Shown: positions 9,946 through 20,771 of the stretch, piece after piece
Layout of the letters: each line of letters begins with the position of its first letter
Numbering within the stretch: position 1 is the stretch's first letter
Source of the DNA: an uncultured Alphaproteobacteria bacterium
Lineage (GTDB): Bacteria > Pseudomonadota > Alphaproteobacteria > RF32 > CAG-239
Assembly (NCBI GenBank): GCA_944393695.1
Contig: CALYAY010000007.1
Location: 14,266-78,265 of the forward strand
DNA: 64,000 nt
Direction of reading: 5' to 3'
Notes under the pieces: generated by a model
Database searches by the model: none
Told to the model about the DNA's origin: nothing
Seen by the model: only the letters and a program-made list of their open reading frames with translations
Program-made: the position numbers and the translations under genes

Positions 9946-12180
9946 TTAATCTTTCAAAAACTTATTATTTTTCGGAAAACCGAAGGGGGCCAGTTTGCCG
10001 ACCTGGGCACGATGTCCCAGCCAGGCCAACAGATCGGTTTCGGTTTTGGTGCCGCCGGCACGGGTATAACAGAAACCTTCTTCTTCATTAAATATCTGAA
10101 TATCGGAAAGTTTTCCGTCTTTATATTTTTGCAGTGTGACGCCCCTGCCCCGCGCCATGCTCGGGATTTCTTCAATTTTGAAAATAAGCAGTTTGCGATT
10201 TTCGCCGATGATGGCAATCATATTGCCCGTAATCTTGCGGCAGAAAACGGAATGTTCATCATCGGCCAGATTCATAATTTTGCGGCCGTTGCGGGTTTGA
10301 GCCAGAATATGGTTTTCATCAACAACAAAACCGCGGCCGGTATCAGAAGCAATAACATAAGACGCCCCGGGTTCAAAAACAAACATGGACGAGACGGAAT
10401 CCGAAATCCCCAAATCAATCATCAGACGCAGCGGCTGACCAAATCCACGGCCACTGGGAATCTCGCTGGCGGGAATGGTGAAAAATTTGCCGGCGGTGTC
10501 AAAAATGATAATTTTATCGGTGGTTTGGGCATGGATGGCAAACTGCAGCGCATCATCATCCTTAAACTTAAAGTCTTCAGACAAATCGGCATGGCCTTTG
10601 ATGCAGCGTATCCATCCTTTTTGCGAGAGGATGACGGTAATGGGTTCTTTTTCGATAATCGCTTCAAGCGGAACTTCAATATCGTCGGGAAGTTCGGCAA
10701 ATTCGGTGCGGCGGCGGCCAAGAGCGGTCTTCTTGCCGAATTTTTCACGAATTTGCCTGATTTCATTAGCCAGGGCTTCCCAGCGTTTACCTTCGTCATT
10801 TAACAGCGCCTCAAGTTCGCCTTTTTCTGAACTCAGGTCATCAAATTCTTGTTTTATCTCGGTTTCTTCCAATTTACGCAGAGAACGGAGTTTCATGTTT
10901 AAAATGGCTTCGGCCTGATTATCGGTCAGGTTAAAGGCTTTTATCATGGCGGCTTTTGGGTCTTCTTCCTCGCGGATGATGCGGATAATTTCATCCAGAT
11001 TCAGGTAAGCAATCAAATATCCGGACAAAATCTCCAGACGGGCATTGATTTTGTTCAGGCGGAAATTCGCCCGGCGCTGCAAAACGATGTGACGGTGATT
11101 CAAAAATTCACGCAGAACCTGTTTAATATCCATAACATGGGGAACGCCCTCGGAATCCAGAACATTCATGTTCATATTGAAGCGGGATTCCAGTTCCGTC
11201 TGTTTAAACAGATGTTCCATCAACAGCGCGGCGTCAACCGTCCGGTTTTTGGGCTCAAGAACAATGCGGATGTCATGTGAGGATTCATCCCGTATGTCAC
11301 TTAACAGCGGGATTTTTTTATCCATCAACAGCGCGGCAATTTTTTCAATTAATTTAGATTTTACAACCTGATACGGAATTTCTTTAACAACAATCTGGTA
11401 TTGTCCGTGGCCGAGGTCTTCTTTTTCCCATTTGGCACGAATGCGGAAAACCCCGCGGCCTTCGGTATAGGTGCGGAGGATGCTCTCAAACTTGTCAACA
11501 ATAATGCCTCCGGTCGGAAAATCGGGTCCTTTTAAGCGGGAAACCAGAGGTTCAATCCCACAATCGGGATTGGCAATAAGGTATAGTAAAGCATCACAGA
11601 CTTCGCTGAGGTTATGCGGCGGAATTTGGGTGGCCATGCCGACGGCAATACCGGCCGAGCCGTTGCAAAGCAGGTTGGGCACCATGGAAGGCATGACAAC
11701 CGGTTCTTCTTCCTCACCGTCGTAAGTTTCGCGAAAATCAACGGCATCTTCATTAAGTCCTTCCATCAGAGCCATGGCAAATTCGGTCAGGCGGGCTTCA
11801 GTGTAACGCATGGCGGCAGCGCCGTCTCCGTCAATGTTACCAAAATTTCCCTGTCCGTCGACCAAAGGGTACCTTACCGAAAAATCCTGAGCCAGACGAA
11901 CCATTGCCCCATAAACGGCACTGTCGCCATGAGGGTGATATTTACCGATGACATCACCGACGACGCGGGCGCATTTCTTAAATCCGGATTTGGGATCAAG
12001 ATGAAGCTGGCGCATGGCATATAACAGGCGGCGGTGTACCGGTTTGAGCCCGTCGCGGACATCAGGCAGCGAACGGGAAACAATGGTTGACATGGCATAA
12101 GACAGATAGCGGCTGCTCAGCTCTTCCGCAAGATGGACATTTTTAATTTTTTCTTCGTTTTCAATCGGTTGTTCAGACAT
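9946..12180 (-). CDS. parC: DNA topoisomerase IV subunit A
   Basis: [27 protein letters not shown](catalytic Tyr)TEARL; 744 aa with no GyrA box. Confidence 0.95.
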   Translation of the reverse strand: MSEQPIENEEKIKNVHLAEELSSRYLSYAMSTIVSRSLPDVRDGLKPVHRRLLYAMRQLHLDPKSGFKKCARVVGDVIGKYHPHGDSAVYGAMVRLAQDFSVRYPLVDGQGNFGNIDGDGAAAMRYTEARLTEFAMALMEGLNEDAVDFRETYDGEEEEPVVMPSMVPNLLCNGSAGIAVGMATQIPPHNLSEVCDALLYLIANPDCGIEPLVSRLKGPDFPTGGIIVDKFESILRTYTEGRGVFRIRAKWEKEDLGHGQYQIVVKEIPYQVVKSKLIEKIAALLMDKKIPLLSDIRDESSHDIRIVLEPKNRTVDAALLMEHLFKQTELESRFNMNMNVLDSEGVPHVMDIKQVLREFLNHRHIVLQRRANFRLNKINARLEILSGYLIAYLNLDEIIRIIREEEDPKAAMIKAFNLTDNQAEAILNMKLRSLRKLEETEIKQEFDDLSSEKGELEALLNDEGKRWEALANEIRQIREKFGKKTALGRRRTEFAELPDDIEVPLEAIIEKEPITVILSQKGWIRCIKGHADLSEDFKFKDDDALQFAIHAQTTDKIIIFDTAGKFFTIPASEIPSGRGFGQPLRLMIDLGISDSVSSMFVFEPGASYVIASDTGRGFVVDENHILAQTRNGRKIMNLADDEHSVFCRKITGNMIAIIGENRKLLIFKIEEIPSMARGRGVTLQKYKDGKLSDIQIFNEEEGFCYTRAGGTKTETDLLAWLGHRAQVGKLAPFGFPKNNKFLKD

Positions 12181-12185
12181 CTTAT

Positions 12186-12929
12186 TTATATTCCGCTATC
12201 AGAAAAGTTGTGTTTATTCATTAACTTGTTCCGCAAATTAGCACGATTTTCCGGGAATTTCAAGCCATGTAATTGAAAAAAATTTTTGTTGAGAAAAAAT
12301 TCGGTCATTTTCAGAACATTGTCAATTTCGTTGTTGCCGGGAAAATAATTTTTTTCAACAATATACCGGGGATAGGCAAATAAACGGTTTTTGTAGGGTT
12401 CCCCGGCCGAAGCGCAAACGGCTTTGCCGCTTTTGGGCGAAACATATTTCAAATCCGTTCGGCTGCCGGTGGCCGAACATTCGCTCAGGTCAAGACCTAT
12501 TCCCAGATAGTCTAAAAGATAAAATTCAAAGTAAGAATAATATGTTTTCCAATTATCTTCAAGTATATGCTTAAAAAAATTGTCTATTATGTTGAAAAAA
12601 CTTTCGGTATCTTCTTTTTCAGGCAAGCAATCATTGCATAATTCACACAAAGCACCTAAAGCGGCCAACCGTTCCGGCGAAGAAAGAAAATTGACCGCAT
12701 CAGGACGGAGCAGGTCAACATGGAAACTGTAAAGATTATCTTCCAAGCGGGCGTAAGCATTTAAGTTTATGCTGTTACCTAATTGATAAATCCCGAGATT
12801 TTTTTTGTGAAGGCAATTTTTTACATAGCCGACGACTTTGCCGTTATGGCGTGTCAACACGGTGAGAATAAGCGAACTCTCACCGTGCCGGCGCATTTTT
12901 ATGATATATCCTTCGTCGGAAAACTGCAT
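12186..12929 (-). CDS. recO: DNA repair protein RecO
   Basis: N-terminal OB fold (RRHGESSLI); [21 protein letters not shown] zinc-finger-like block. Confidence 0.95.
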   Translation of the reverse strand: MQFSDEGYIIKMRRHGESSLILTVLTRHNGKVVGYVKNCLHKKNLGIYQLGNSINLNAYARLEDNLYSFHVDLLRPDAVNFLSSPERLAALGALCELCNDCLPEKEDTESFFNIIDNFFKHILEDNWKTYYSYFEFYLLDYLGIGLDLSECSATGSRTDLKYVSPKSGKAVCASAGEPYKNRLFAYPRYIVEKNYFPGNNEIDNVLKMTEFFLNKNFFQLHGLKFPENRANLRNKLMNKHNFSDSGI

Positions 12930-12934
12930 GGATA

Positions 12935-13780
12935 TCAGTAGTCGTGTATCATGCTTTTGGTAATTTTATCATAGGCCTGCAATTCGGAGAGCACGCGTTT
13001 CATGTCATGCAGAGGAATCGCGTTGGGCCCGTCGGATAATGCAATGTCCGGATTATCGTGAGTTTCGATAAACACGGCCGCAACGCCGACAGCTACCGCC
13101 GCCCGGGCCAGAACCGGCGCATATTCACGCTGGCCGCCGGAGGTTTCGCCCTGCCCGCCCGGCTGCTGAACCGAATGAGTGGCGTCAAAGATAACCGGAC
13201 AGCCGGTGTCTTTGGCCATACGCGGCAAACCACGGAAATCAGTTACCAAAGTATTATAGCCAAAGCTGGCGCCGCGTTCGGTTATGCAAACATTCATATT
13301 GCCGCTGTCTTCGGCTTTTTTGACAATGTTTTTCATATCCCAGGGAGCCAGAAACTGGCCTTTTTTGATATTGACGACTTTGCCGGTTTTGGCGGCGGCA
13401 ACCACCAAATCAGTCTGGCGGCAAAGAAAAGCCGGGATTTGCAGCATATCGACATGCGGAGCAATCAGCGCACATTGTTCCCTTTCATGAATATCAGTGA
13501 CTATCGGTATGTTATTGTACAATTTTTTGATTTCATCAAAGGTACGGATGCCTTCATCAATCCCCACGCCGCGCGGTGAGTTCAGCGAAGAGCGGTTGGC
13601 CTTGTCAAAAGAAGCCTTAAACACATAGTTGATGCCCAGTTCCTTGGTGATTTCAACCAGCCATCCGGCCATGTCGACGGCATGCTGGCGGCTTTCAATC
13701 TGGCAGGGGCCGGCCAACAGAGCCAAAGGAAGCTTGTTGCTGATTTCAAAATTGCCGATTTTTACAGTACGTTGTTCCAT
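12935..13780 (-). CDS. kdsA: KDO-8-phosphate synthase
   Basis: AGPCQIES, KASFDKANRSS, PAFLCRQTD, KKGQF and FDATHSVQ motifs. Confidence 0.97.
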   Translation of the reverse strand: MEQRTVKIGNFEISNKLPLALLAGPCQIESRQHAVDMAGWLVEITKELGINYVFKASFDKANRSSLNSPRGVGIDEGIRTFDEIKKLYNNIPIVTDIHEREQCALIAPHVDMLQIPAFLCRQTDLVVAAAKTGKVVNIKKGQFLAPWDMKNIVKKAEDSGNMNVCITERGASFGYNTLVTDFRGLPRMAKDTGCPVIFDATHSVQQPGGQGETSGGQREYAPVLARAAVAVGVAAVFIETHDNPDIALSDGPNAIPLHDMKRVLSELQAYDKITKSMIHDY

Positions 13781-13871
13781 GAAAGTTCCTTTACTTGTCT
13801 GATTACAATGTTGTGGATTTTATAACACGAAAACAATTTTCAGACAATCAAAATCCGCCGGATAATCACAA

Positions 13872-13899
13872 AAAATTCCCCCGTTTCCGAGGGAATTTT
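13872..13899. terminator. intrinsic terminator downstream of P2
   Basis: AAAATTCCC-loop-GGGAATTTT hairpin about 25 bp past the P2 stop. Confidence 0.7.
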
Positions 13900-13923
13900 G
13901 CTTTCAGGTTCTTTGAAAGATGG

Positions 13924-16119
13924 TTAGAATTGCAGGAAACATAGTGCGTTCATATCATAAGAGTGATTACTGCTATCTTTATTCCACTCATCGAACATCG
14001 TTACAGTTGGGTCAACTAGCCATACCCGGTTTGCATCAATTTCGGTTGAGGTTATGTACCAATCGTCATTATCGACTATATTATCTGCATCAACTTTACA
14101 AAGAGAATTATAGGCGGTTAAATAATTAATCGTAGCATTAAAATTATTTACCAAGCTTTTATAAGCCAAAGGTATTCTCTTTTCCATCCATGTTAATTCG
14201 TAAGCTCCTGGTAAATACCAGTCTCCGACGGATGTTCCTTCTGTAACTTTATTATAGCACACCTCTACATAAGGATAAGATATACCATTGGCTTTGCCAT
14301 AGGCAATAAATGCTTTTGTATTCGCTTTACCGTTCGTATCTGTATAGTCCGAATGGTTTGGAACATCAGGAACATCAAATCCTTTTCCTCCAAATCCAGC
14401 TAGATCATTCGGATAAGGCTTTCCTGAGTCTATATTTTTTTCTACGATCAAGCTTGCTGCTTTACCGGGTTCCACAACGATACCTATAGGTGTTTTTTCC
14501 GGGTGACAGAAATAGCTTTGAGTTTTATCGGAATACAGGATTGGGAGGCGGTTGGTACATTCACCACCAAATCCACTTTCAACCCGCCAGGTATATCCGT
14601 CTTTACAACTACAAGAATTATAATAGATGTACGATTTTTTACCATAGTAGCAACCTTGACCGATACCTCCTTCAGCTTTATAGCTATAATCATCCTCGCA
14701 ATTATATTTATTGCTTATATCATCGCATTCGCAGAAAGCCCCGTTCCAATGGGTTCCGGCAGCACAGGCACATTGCTTGTAATATTTTCGGCTGCCTTCT
14801 TGACAATAATCGCCGCTGGGACTTTCATTTAAGTATGTGCAGGTAAATTTGTATTCGTCTTTACATTCACATCCATCTCTATAATCCCAGCCATTATACT
14901 TGTTTACATCACACTGACAATAAGAATAATATCCATTGCAGGTTTGGGCACCGGACGGTTTTATCTCTCCGGTTCCGGTGCAGGAATAGGCATAATATGA
15001 CGTATCACAGACGCATTGTCCGTTTTTCCAGACATAACCTGATGCGCAACGGCATGATTGGTATTTTCCGTCACAGGATGAGCCGGAACCTCCGGTTTCG
15101 TTGGCACCGGTACAAGTATATTTATATTTGTTCGGGTCACAGGTGCAGGTTTGGGAGCTTGCGTTCCAGACATAGCCCGACTGACAGCCGTTTTTGCAGT
15201 ATTTGTTGGAACATTCCTCTTTCTTGCAGGTGTAAGGCGAAGGACATGAATCCATGGAACATTCATTGGGACAAGGCTTGCAGTTGTCATACAGAGTTTC
15301 GGTTCCCGACAAACAGTTTTCTGCTCCAGCTTCAGGGCCCATGCTGCCGCAATCCATAAACCCGTCACAGGGATTAGGTTTGATTTTGTATTTAGTCTTA
15401 CCGTCGCAGTCTAAGCAAGCTTCGCCGTCCTGAACATATCCTTCGGGAATGGTGGTATAATCATACCCGGAGCTGCAGGGCGTACATTCACAGGAGGCGT
15501 ATTTGTCTCCGCAGGCCTCACCCACACCATGATAAGGCTCCTCGCAGGTTACGTAATTACTGGGGCAATTGGCTTTACATTTTTCAAAATGGGTGTTGTC
15601 GTAAGGGCAGAAGTTAATTGGATCGGAATCTTCCGGGCAATCTGTCATGGTATAGCCTTCTTCTTCGCAGCGTTTCTCGTCATCCAGTTCATAATCATCA
15701 CCTCCGGGAGGTACCCCGCCGTCATTATCATCGGCATTGTTGCCGGCAAATTCATTACCGGAACAATCAGTGGTATCCGTCACAAAACAGGCCGCGGCAA
15801 GTTGGATGAGAGGGGTGTTGTGAAACCCTCCCCAACCCCTCCCTAAGTCTTTAGGGAGGGGGTAGGATAGAGAGCTCACTAAGCCTGTAGGGAGGGAGAG
15901 GTCTGAGTTTTCAGGGAGAGTAAGTTCGGCAAAATCTTCAAGTGAAGACAAATGCGCGGCCGTGAGGTGTGAAGTGTGTGTAGAAACATGTGATTTAAGC
16001 ATGGCCGCGCTTAATACCGGAGGCGTACCATAAAGATTAAAACCGGCGTAACACAAATCAGCTCCGGCAATAAACGACATGCACGAAACCGACAACATGA
16101 GTATAGTTTTATTCATCAT
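13924..16119 (-). CDS. Cys-rich secreted protein family, paralog P2, with C-terminal DUF1566/C-type-lectin-like domain
   Basis: ORF 13924-16155; start moved to ATG 16119 (RBS AGAGGTG, promoter position). Signal peptide, palindrome-derived insert, Cys modules, then ILYSD..TPIG..GKANT..DWYLP..EL..STE..W..K..F. Confidence 0.9.
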   Translation of the reverse strand: MMNKTILMLSVSCMSFIAGADLCYAGFNLYGTPPVLSAAMLKSHVSTHTSHLTAAHLSSLEDFAELTLPENSDLSLPTGLVSSLSYPLPKDLGRGWGGFHNTPLIQLAAACFVTDTTDCSGNEFAGNNADDNDGGVPPGGDDYELDDEKRCEEEGYTMTDCPEDSDPINFCPYDNTHFEKCKANCPSNYVTCEEPYHGVGEACGDKYASCECTPCSSGYDYTTIPEGYVQDGEACLDCDGKTKYKIKPNPCDGFMDCGSMGPEAGAENCLSGTETLYDNCKPCPNECSMDSCPSPYTCKKEECSNKYCKNGCQSGYVWNASSQTCTCDPNKYKYTCTGANETGGSGSSCDGKYQSCRCASGYVWKNGQCVCDTSYYAYSCTGTGEIKPSGAQTCNGYYSYCQCDVNKYNGWDYRDGCECKDEYKFTCTYLNESPSGDYCQEGSRKYYKQCACAAGTHWNGAFCECDDISNKYNCEDDYSYKAEGGIGQGCYYGKKSYIYYNSCSCKDGYTWRVESGFGGECTNRLPILYSDKTQSYFCHPEKTPIGIVVEPGKAASLIVEKNIDSGKPYPNDLAGFGGKGFDVPDVPNHSDYTDTNGKANTKAFIAYGKANGISYPYVEVCYNKVTEGTSVGDWYLPGAYELTWMEKRIPLAYKSLVNNFNATINYLTAYNSLCKVDADNIVDNDDWYITSTEIDANRVWLVDPTVTMFDEWNKDSSNHSYDMNALCFLQF

Positions 16120-16162
16120 AATAGCACCTCTGTTATTAATTACATTTGTCTTCACGAATCTT

Positions 16163-16191
16163 ATAATAACAGAAAGTTTGATTGTTGTAAA
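16163..16191 (-). promoter_or_regulatory. sigma70-type promoter of P2 (TTTACA-17-TATTAT)
   Basis: Conserved among the five paralogs. Confidence 0.75.
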
Positions 16192-16228
16192 TAGTTAATT
16201 TTGGGTTAAGACGGAAAATCGGACGAGG

Positions 16229-16575
16229 ATGAATGAAACCCTCCCTTTCCCTCCCTGAGTTTTCAGGGAGGGGAGAGGTCGCGGAACAGTGTGACACGGG
16301 TGAGGGTGAGAGGGGTAAGGCAGGATTTGCTCTCCCCGGCCCTCTCATCTATGAGAGGGTGACAAATTTGAAGATCCCCTGACGTTCAGACTGACGCTGA
16401 ACGAGGGATGACATTGTCAAACCCTCCCCGACCCTCCCTAAAACTTTAGGGAGGGAGAAGATAGAGGGGACTAAGGTTTTAGGGAGAGGACAATAAGGAA
16501 GGTTGAAAATGATATAAAAAGTGCAGAATATGATGTAAAAAGAGTCACGAATGATAGAAAAAGCCCGGAAAGAAG
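16229..16575. repeat. Cluster B of REP/RPE-like palindromic elements
   Basis: TGAAACCCTCCC..CTCCCTGAGTTTTCAGGGAG, CCCTCTCATCTATGAGAGGG, GATCCC.TGACGTTCAG..CTGAACGAGGGATGAC and CTCCCTAAAACTTTAGGGAG. 16325-16417 matches 30628-30720 at 90/93 nt. Confidence 0.9.
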
Positions 16576-16587
16576 GCTATTTTAATG

Positions 16588-18636
16588 TTAATTCCAATAC
16601 CGATAACCGACGTGACCGCGCACGCTGTCTATTTTGATTTTATCATTCGTTAAATAAATTGAGGCGCCTAACAAGTTTTCAGTATCAAGCGGGCGGTCGT
16701 TTATTTTAAGGCCGGTGTTTTTTACAATTTCGATTTTATTCCGATAGATACAGGTTTTCTTTCCGCAGCTTATATCAAGCCATTCGGGAGCGGTTTTCTT
16801 TCCTTTCCAAATATCGCGCAGGAGGTTGGCTTGCGCTTTGTCAGGTAGAGGGGATGCCGTTTTTTCAAGCCAGATGCTTTTTACAAAATTTTTGCCGCGG
16901 GAGGGCAAGACCACCAACCGCCCTTCATTGTCTTTGACGGCAACGGCTTTGCCGCTGACATCAACCAAGACATCGGGGGTTTTAACCGTGCAGACACTCA
17001 AAGCGCCAATGATTATTCCGAGCATTCCCCAAAGGCGCCATTTTAACTGCCATAAGCAAAGCCAAGCGCCGCCTAGGACTATCAGCACCAATCCCCACAA
17101 CGGCATGGAGAGAACAGGCAAACCGGCATAAGGCAGAGATGAGACCCAGGCGGTTATGTTATTTACCTGCCCTATTCCCCAGCCCAAAATTTTTAACGGG
17201 CCATATTCCAAACCAAAGGGAAACGCCAACAAGGAAATCAGAACAAAAGGCATAATAACCAGGCCGATGACCGGACCCGCCAGCAAATTTCCCAAAGAGG
17301 TGTATACGGCTATGCGGTTAAAATGATAAACAGCAAAAGGCAGAGTTGCCAGACTGGCGACCAAATCAGAAATCATAATTCCGGCGACATAAGCAAAAGC
17401 AATCCTCGGCAAACGACTGACTATTTTTCCGTTTTGTCCGGTACCGTTCAAAAAGCGCTGCAATGGAGCGGCAAATCGTTCATAAAAGGCTATCAGGGCG
17501 ACAACCGCGGCGAAAGACATTTGAAAGCTCGGGCCAATCAGGGCTTCCGGCGCTATAACCAGAACAATCAATGCCGCCCAGGAAATGGTTAAGATAGAAA
17601 AAGCCCGGCGGCTGAACAATATGCCCAACAAGACAATGAAAGTCATGATAAAAGCCCGCTGCGCCGGAACTTCGGCTCCGGAAATCAACAGGTAAACAAA
17701 ACTTATGAATATAGCAAAGACAGCGGCTGTTTTTTTAGAATCATAGCGCAGTGCCAAAGACGGAATAAAAGACATAATCAGGCGGATGATAAAAAACATA
17801 AGACCGGCCAGCATGCTCATGTGAAGCCCGGAAATGGAAAGGAAATGCGCCAGACCGGAGTCCCGGTAATTATCAACCAGAGTGTGGCTCATGTTTCCCC
17901 GTTCTCCCGAGATTAGTGCTGCGGCGACAGAGGCTTCATCCGGAGGCAAAACGGAATATATCCGGCCGGAAATATTGTCCCGAAGGTGTTTGACGGCCAG
18001 AGAAAAATCGAGCAGTGGTGAAGATGTTTCCGCCGGGCAATCTATCGGCAGCGCACGGCTGACCGCATAGCCGGTGGCTTTAAGCCCGTCAAAAAAACTT
18101 TTGCGGTCAAACTGATAGCCCCCAATCATAACCGTCGGAAAAGGCGGCATAACTTTTGCCACCAGTTCGACGCATTGTCCGGGAACCAGTCCTTCGCTTT
18201 TACTCAAAATGGTTATCTTATATTTTCCGGGAAGAGAATTGTCGTCAAAGTCGCTTATGTCATTTAAAACAAGACGGGGACGGCCTTTGGTGTTATAATC
18301 CATGGCGACAATCCGTCCTTTTAAATAAAGCATTTGTTCTTTTTCGATAACGGGGATTTGATTCAGATAAGCGGCTTTCAGCTGAACCGTCGTGAAACCA
18401 AACAGCATAATGCCGAAAACGGCCAGCCCGAGCAGGGCATACGGACGGTGGCGCAATAAAAAAGCGGCCAGCAAAAGAGCCTCTATGACAATCAGGGTCG
18501 GCCACAGCTGCGGCTCAAAAGGAAGCAGAAAATACAGGCCTATTCCGGTTCCGAATAAAACAGGAACCCACGCCGCCCAGCGGCCGCGCTCCCGAAAAAA
18601 CATTTCTGAAATCTTTTGCCTTATCATATATCTCAT
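16588..18636 (-). CDS. comEC: ComEC/Rec2 competence membrane protein
   Basis: SGLAHFLSISGLHM, GAEVPAQRA and SFQMSF motifs; multi-TM; no intact C-terminal metallo-beta-lactamase motif. Confidence 0.92.
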   Translation of the reverse strand: MRYMIRQKISEMFFRERGRWAAWVPVLFGTGIGLYFLLPFEPQLWPTLIVIEALLLAAFLLRHRPYALLGLAVFGIMLFGFTTVQLKAAYLNQIPVIEKEQMLYLKGRIVAMDYNTKGRPRLVLNDISDFDDNSLPGKYKITILSKSEGLVPGQCVELVAKVMPPFPTVMIGGYQFDRKSFFDGLKATGYAVSRALPIDCPAETSSPLLDFSLAVKHLRDNISGRIYSVLPPDEASVAAALISGERGNMSHTLVDNYRDSGLAHFLSISGLHMSMLAGLMFFIIRLIMSFIPSLALRYDSKKTAAVFAIFISFVYLLISGAEVPAQRAFIMTFIVLLGILFSRRAFSILTISWAALIVLVIAPEALIGPSFQMSFAAVVALIAFYERFAAPLQRFLNGTGQNGKIVSRLPRIAFAYVAGIMISDLVASLATLPFAVYHFNRIAVYTSLGNLLAGPVIGLVIMPFVLISLLAFPFGLEYGPLKILGWGIGQVNNITAWVSSLPYAGLPVLSMPLWGLVLIVLGGAWLCLWQLKWRLWGMLGIIIGALSVCTVKTPDVLVDVSGKAVAVKDNEGRLVVLPSRGKNFVKSIWLEKTASPLPDKAQANLLRDIWKGKKTAPEWLDISCGKKTCIYRNKIEIVKNTGLKINDRPLDTENLLGASIYLTNDKIKIDSVRGHVGYRYWN

Positions 18637-18683
18637 CTGCCCGCATTGATTTGACTATTATCTAACTATCCGGCGACAATAAT

Positions 18684-19871
18684 TTAAGAAGCAGACGAGT
18701 TTATTTGTTTCAGAACAATATCGGCGGCATTTTCACTCGGTTTTTGAACACCCTGCCCCAGGATTTCGCGCACTTTTCGGAAACCGTCCATTTGTTTTTC
18801 GTACCAGTCGTCATCCCGGGCAATAAAGTGATTAATATAAGATGCTATATTTCCGGCAACGCAGCGTTCCTGCAAAAGCTCAGGGACAATCTCGCGTCCG
18901 ATGAGGATGTTGGACAGGTTTACAAATTGAATTTTAAGAAAACGTCTGGCCAGAAAAGCGGTAAACGGGGAAACCTTATAAGCAATAATGTGCGGAATGT
19001 TGCAGATGGCCAGTTCAAGCGCCACCGTTCCCGAGGCGGCAATGGCGGCCGTTGACGAGCGAAAAGCCCCGTAACGGTCTTCCTGGGTTTCAACAACAAG
19101 GATATCCCGGCTGGAGGCTTTAACCGCCAATTTTACGCTTTGGGCCACAGTCTGAACCGTCGGAATAACAAAAAACAAATCGTTGTGCTGTTGACGCAGA
19201 ATATCTGTTGCTTCCAGAAAATCAGGAAGGAGCCGGCTGACTTCGTTGCGGCGGGAACCGGGCAAGACGGTAATGATTTTTTTATCGGTCGGAATATTGT
19301 GTTTTTGGCGAAAAGCAGCCGCGTCGGCATGAACGGCCGGACTTTCGATGACCGGGTGGCCGACAAATTCGGTTTTCAGCCCGTAAGGCGTAAAATATTT
19401 GGGTTCATAAGGGAAAAGTGTCAGCAACAGGTCAATGTATTTATGCATTGTCCGCGCACGTTTTTTCTTCCAGGCCCAAACCTGAGGGGCAACATAGTGA
19501 ATTTGCGGAATTCCCAGCTTTTTGCGACGCAAGGCTTTATGAATGCGACAGGAAAAGCTCCAGCTGTCGACGGTCATTACAACATCAGGCTTAATGTTGA
19601 CAATATCATCTACAGTTTGCCGGATACGTTTTAAAATCCGGGGAATGCTGGGAATAACCTCCACCAGTCCCATTACGGCCAGTTCCGAAATATCAAACAG
19701 GGATTTCAGCCCCTCACCTTCCATGGCTTCACCGCCGAGGCCAAAAAATTCAACCGAATTTCCGGCCTTTTCTTTTACGGCACGCATAAACCTTGCACCG
19801 AGCAAATCGCCGGAAGGCTCTCCGGCAATCAGATATATTTTTAATTTTTTATCAGTATTCACCGGGATCAA
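18684..19871 (-). CDS. lpxB: lipid-A-disaccharide synthase
   Basis: IAGEPSGD, HYVAPQVWAW, VGHP, LPGSRRNE and ASGTVALE motifs. Confidence 0.97.
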   Translation of the reverse strand: MIPVNTDKKLKIYLIAGEPSGDLLGARFMRAVKEKAGNSVEFFGLGGEAMEGEGLKSLFDISELAVMGLVEVIPSIPRILKRIRQTVDDIVNIKPDVVMTVDSWSFSCRIHKALRRKKLGIPQIHYVAPQVWAWKKKRARTMHKYIDLLLTLFPYEPKYFTPYGLKTEFVGHPVIESPAVHADAAAFRQKHNIPTDKKIITVLPGSRRNEVSRLLPDFLEATDILRQQHNDLFFVIPTVQTVAQSVKLAVKASSRDILVVETQEDRYGAFRSSTAAIAASGTVALELAICNIPHIIAYKVSPFTAFLARRFLKIQFVNLSNILIGREIVPELLQERCVAGNIASYINHFIARDDDWYEKQMDGFRKVREILGQGVQKPSENAADIVLKQINSSAS

Positions 19872-20688
19872 CTCCTATCACAAACAAACCTTCTTTATCC
19901 GCCTGTCTGATAACCTCGTCTTCATCGACAATCAGGCCATTGCCGGCATGGAGTGCAATGCCCCGTAGGCCGCTTTCCTTGGCGCGGGCAACGGAACGGG
20001 GGCCGATTGTGGGCAAGTCTATGCGCATATCCTGCTGCGGTTTGCGCAGTTTTACCAAGACGCCGCCCTCACCTTTGCGCCGGTAATCGCCGCAGCGGCG
20101 GATAAGTTCATCGGTTCCTTCAATGCCTTCAACGCCCAAAACCAATCCCTGTTGGACAACGACCGCCTGACCGACGTCAAGCTTTCCCAGTTCGAGCGCC
20201 ACTTCAATACCGCGGCGGATGTCTGCTTCGGCCTGTTTATCGGGTTTATACTTGCCTAAAATGCCTTTTTTTACCAATATTTCAGGTAGCACCTCATGAA
20301 CACCTTTGACCGCCATGCCTTCGCTTTCGATTTCTTTGACCAGTGCCCGGAGAATGCCGTCATCGCCCAAAGATTTCATGCTGATTTTGGCAAAAAAGGC
20401 CGTTGTCCGCAAATCGGGCATCAAATCAAAAAAGCCCGGACGACGGATGGTGCCAATCATGACGACATCCTGCACTTTTTCATCATGAAAGCGTTTAAAA
20501 CCTGTTCCGGCCTGGCCAATTCGTATCCACTGATGAGGAACGCTGTCGTCGATTAAATTTTTATCGGCATTTCCCTCAATCGCCAGCACAAAATAGTCGC
20601 GTTTGTTTTTTTTGCAGAATTCAATCAGCTTTTTGGGAATGGAACCGCCGCCGGCAATGATTCCGAGTTTTCTCTGGCCTGTGTTCAT
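19852..20688 (-). CDS. lpxI: UDP-2,3-diacylglucosamine pyrophosphatase LpxI
   Basis: LGIIAGGG, DVGQAVVV, EGIEGTD and KPQQDMRIDLPTIG; lies between lpxA and lpxB. Confidence 0.95.
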   Translation of the reverse strand: MNTGQRKLGIIAGGGSIPKKLIEFCKKNKRDYFVLAIEGNADKNLIDDSVPHQWIRIGQAGTGFKRFHDEKVQDVVMIGTIRRPGFFDLMPDLRTTAFFAKISMKSLGDDGILRALVKEIESEGMAVKGVHEVLPEILVKKGILGKYKPDKQAEADIRRGIEVALELGKLDVGQAVVVQQGLVLGVEGIEGTDELIRRCGDYRRKGEGGVLVKLRKPQQDMRIDLPTIGPRSVARAKESGLRGIALHAGNGLIVDEDEVIRQADKEGLFVIGVDPGEY

Positions 20689-20771
20689 TTTTTTCCTTAT
20701 TCAAATAAAAAAACAGGAAGTTATTTGTAAGTATTTTACGCCTAACTTCCTATATATTTTCTTAATTTTTG

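Noticed and set aside
16120-16155. GTG starts giving MKTNVINNRGAI extensions on P2 and P3 (and P1)
   Set aside because: The GTG lies only about 7 bp from the -10 box with no RBS. P4 and P5 do not preserve the extension, and AG[AC]AGGTG-type RBS sequences precede the ATGATG.
16588-18636. comEC as a dedicated part of the diversification system
   Set aside because: It is adjacent to only one of five paralogs and follows lpxB in a housekeeping context.
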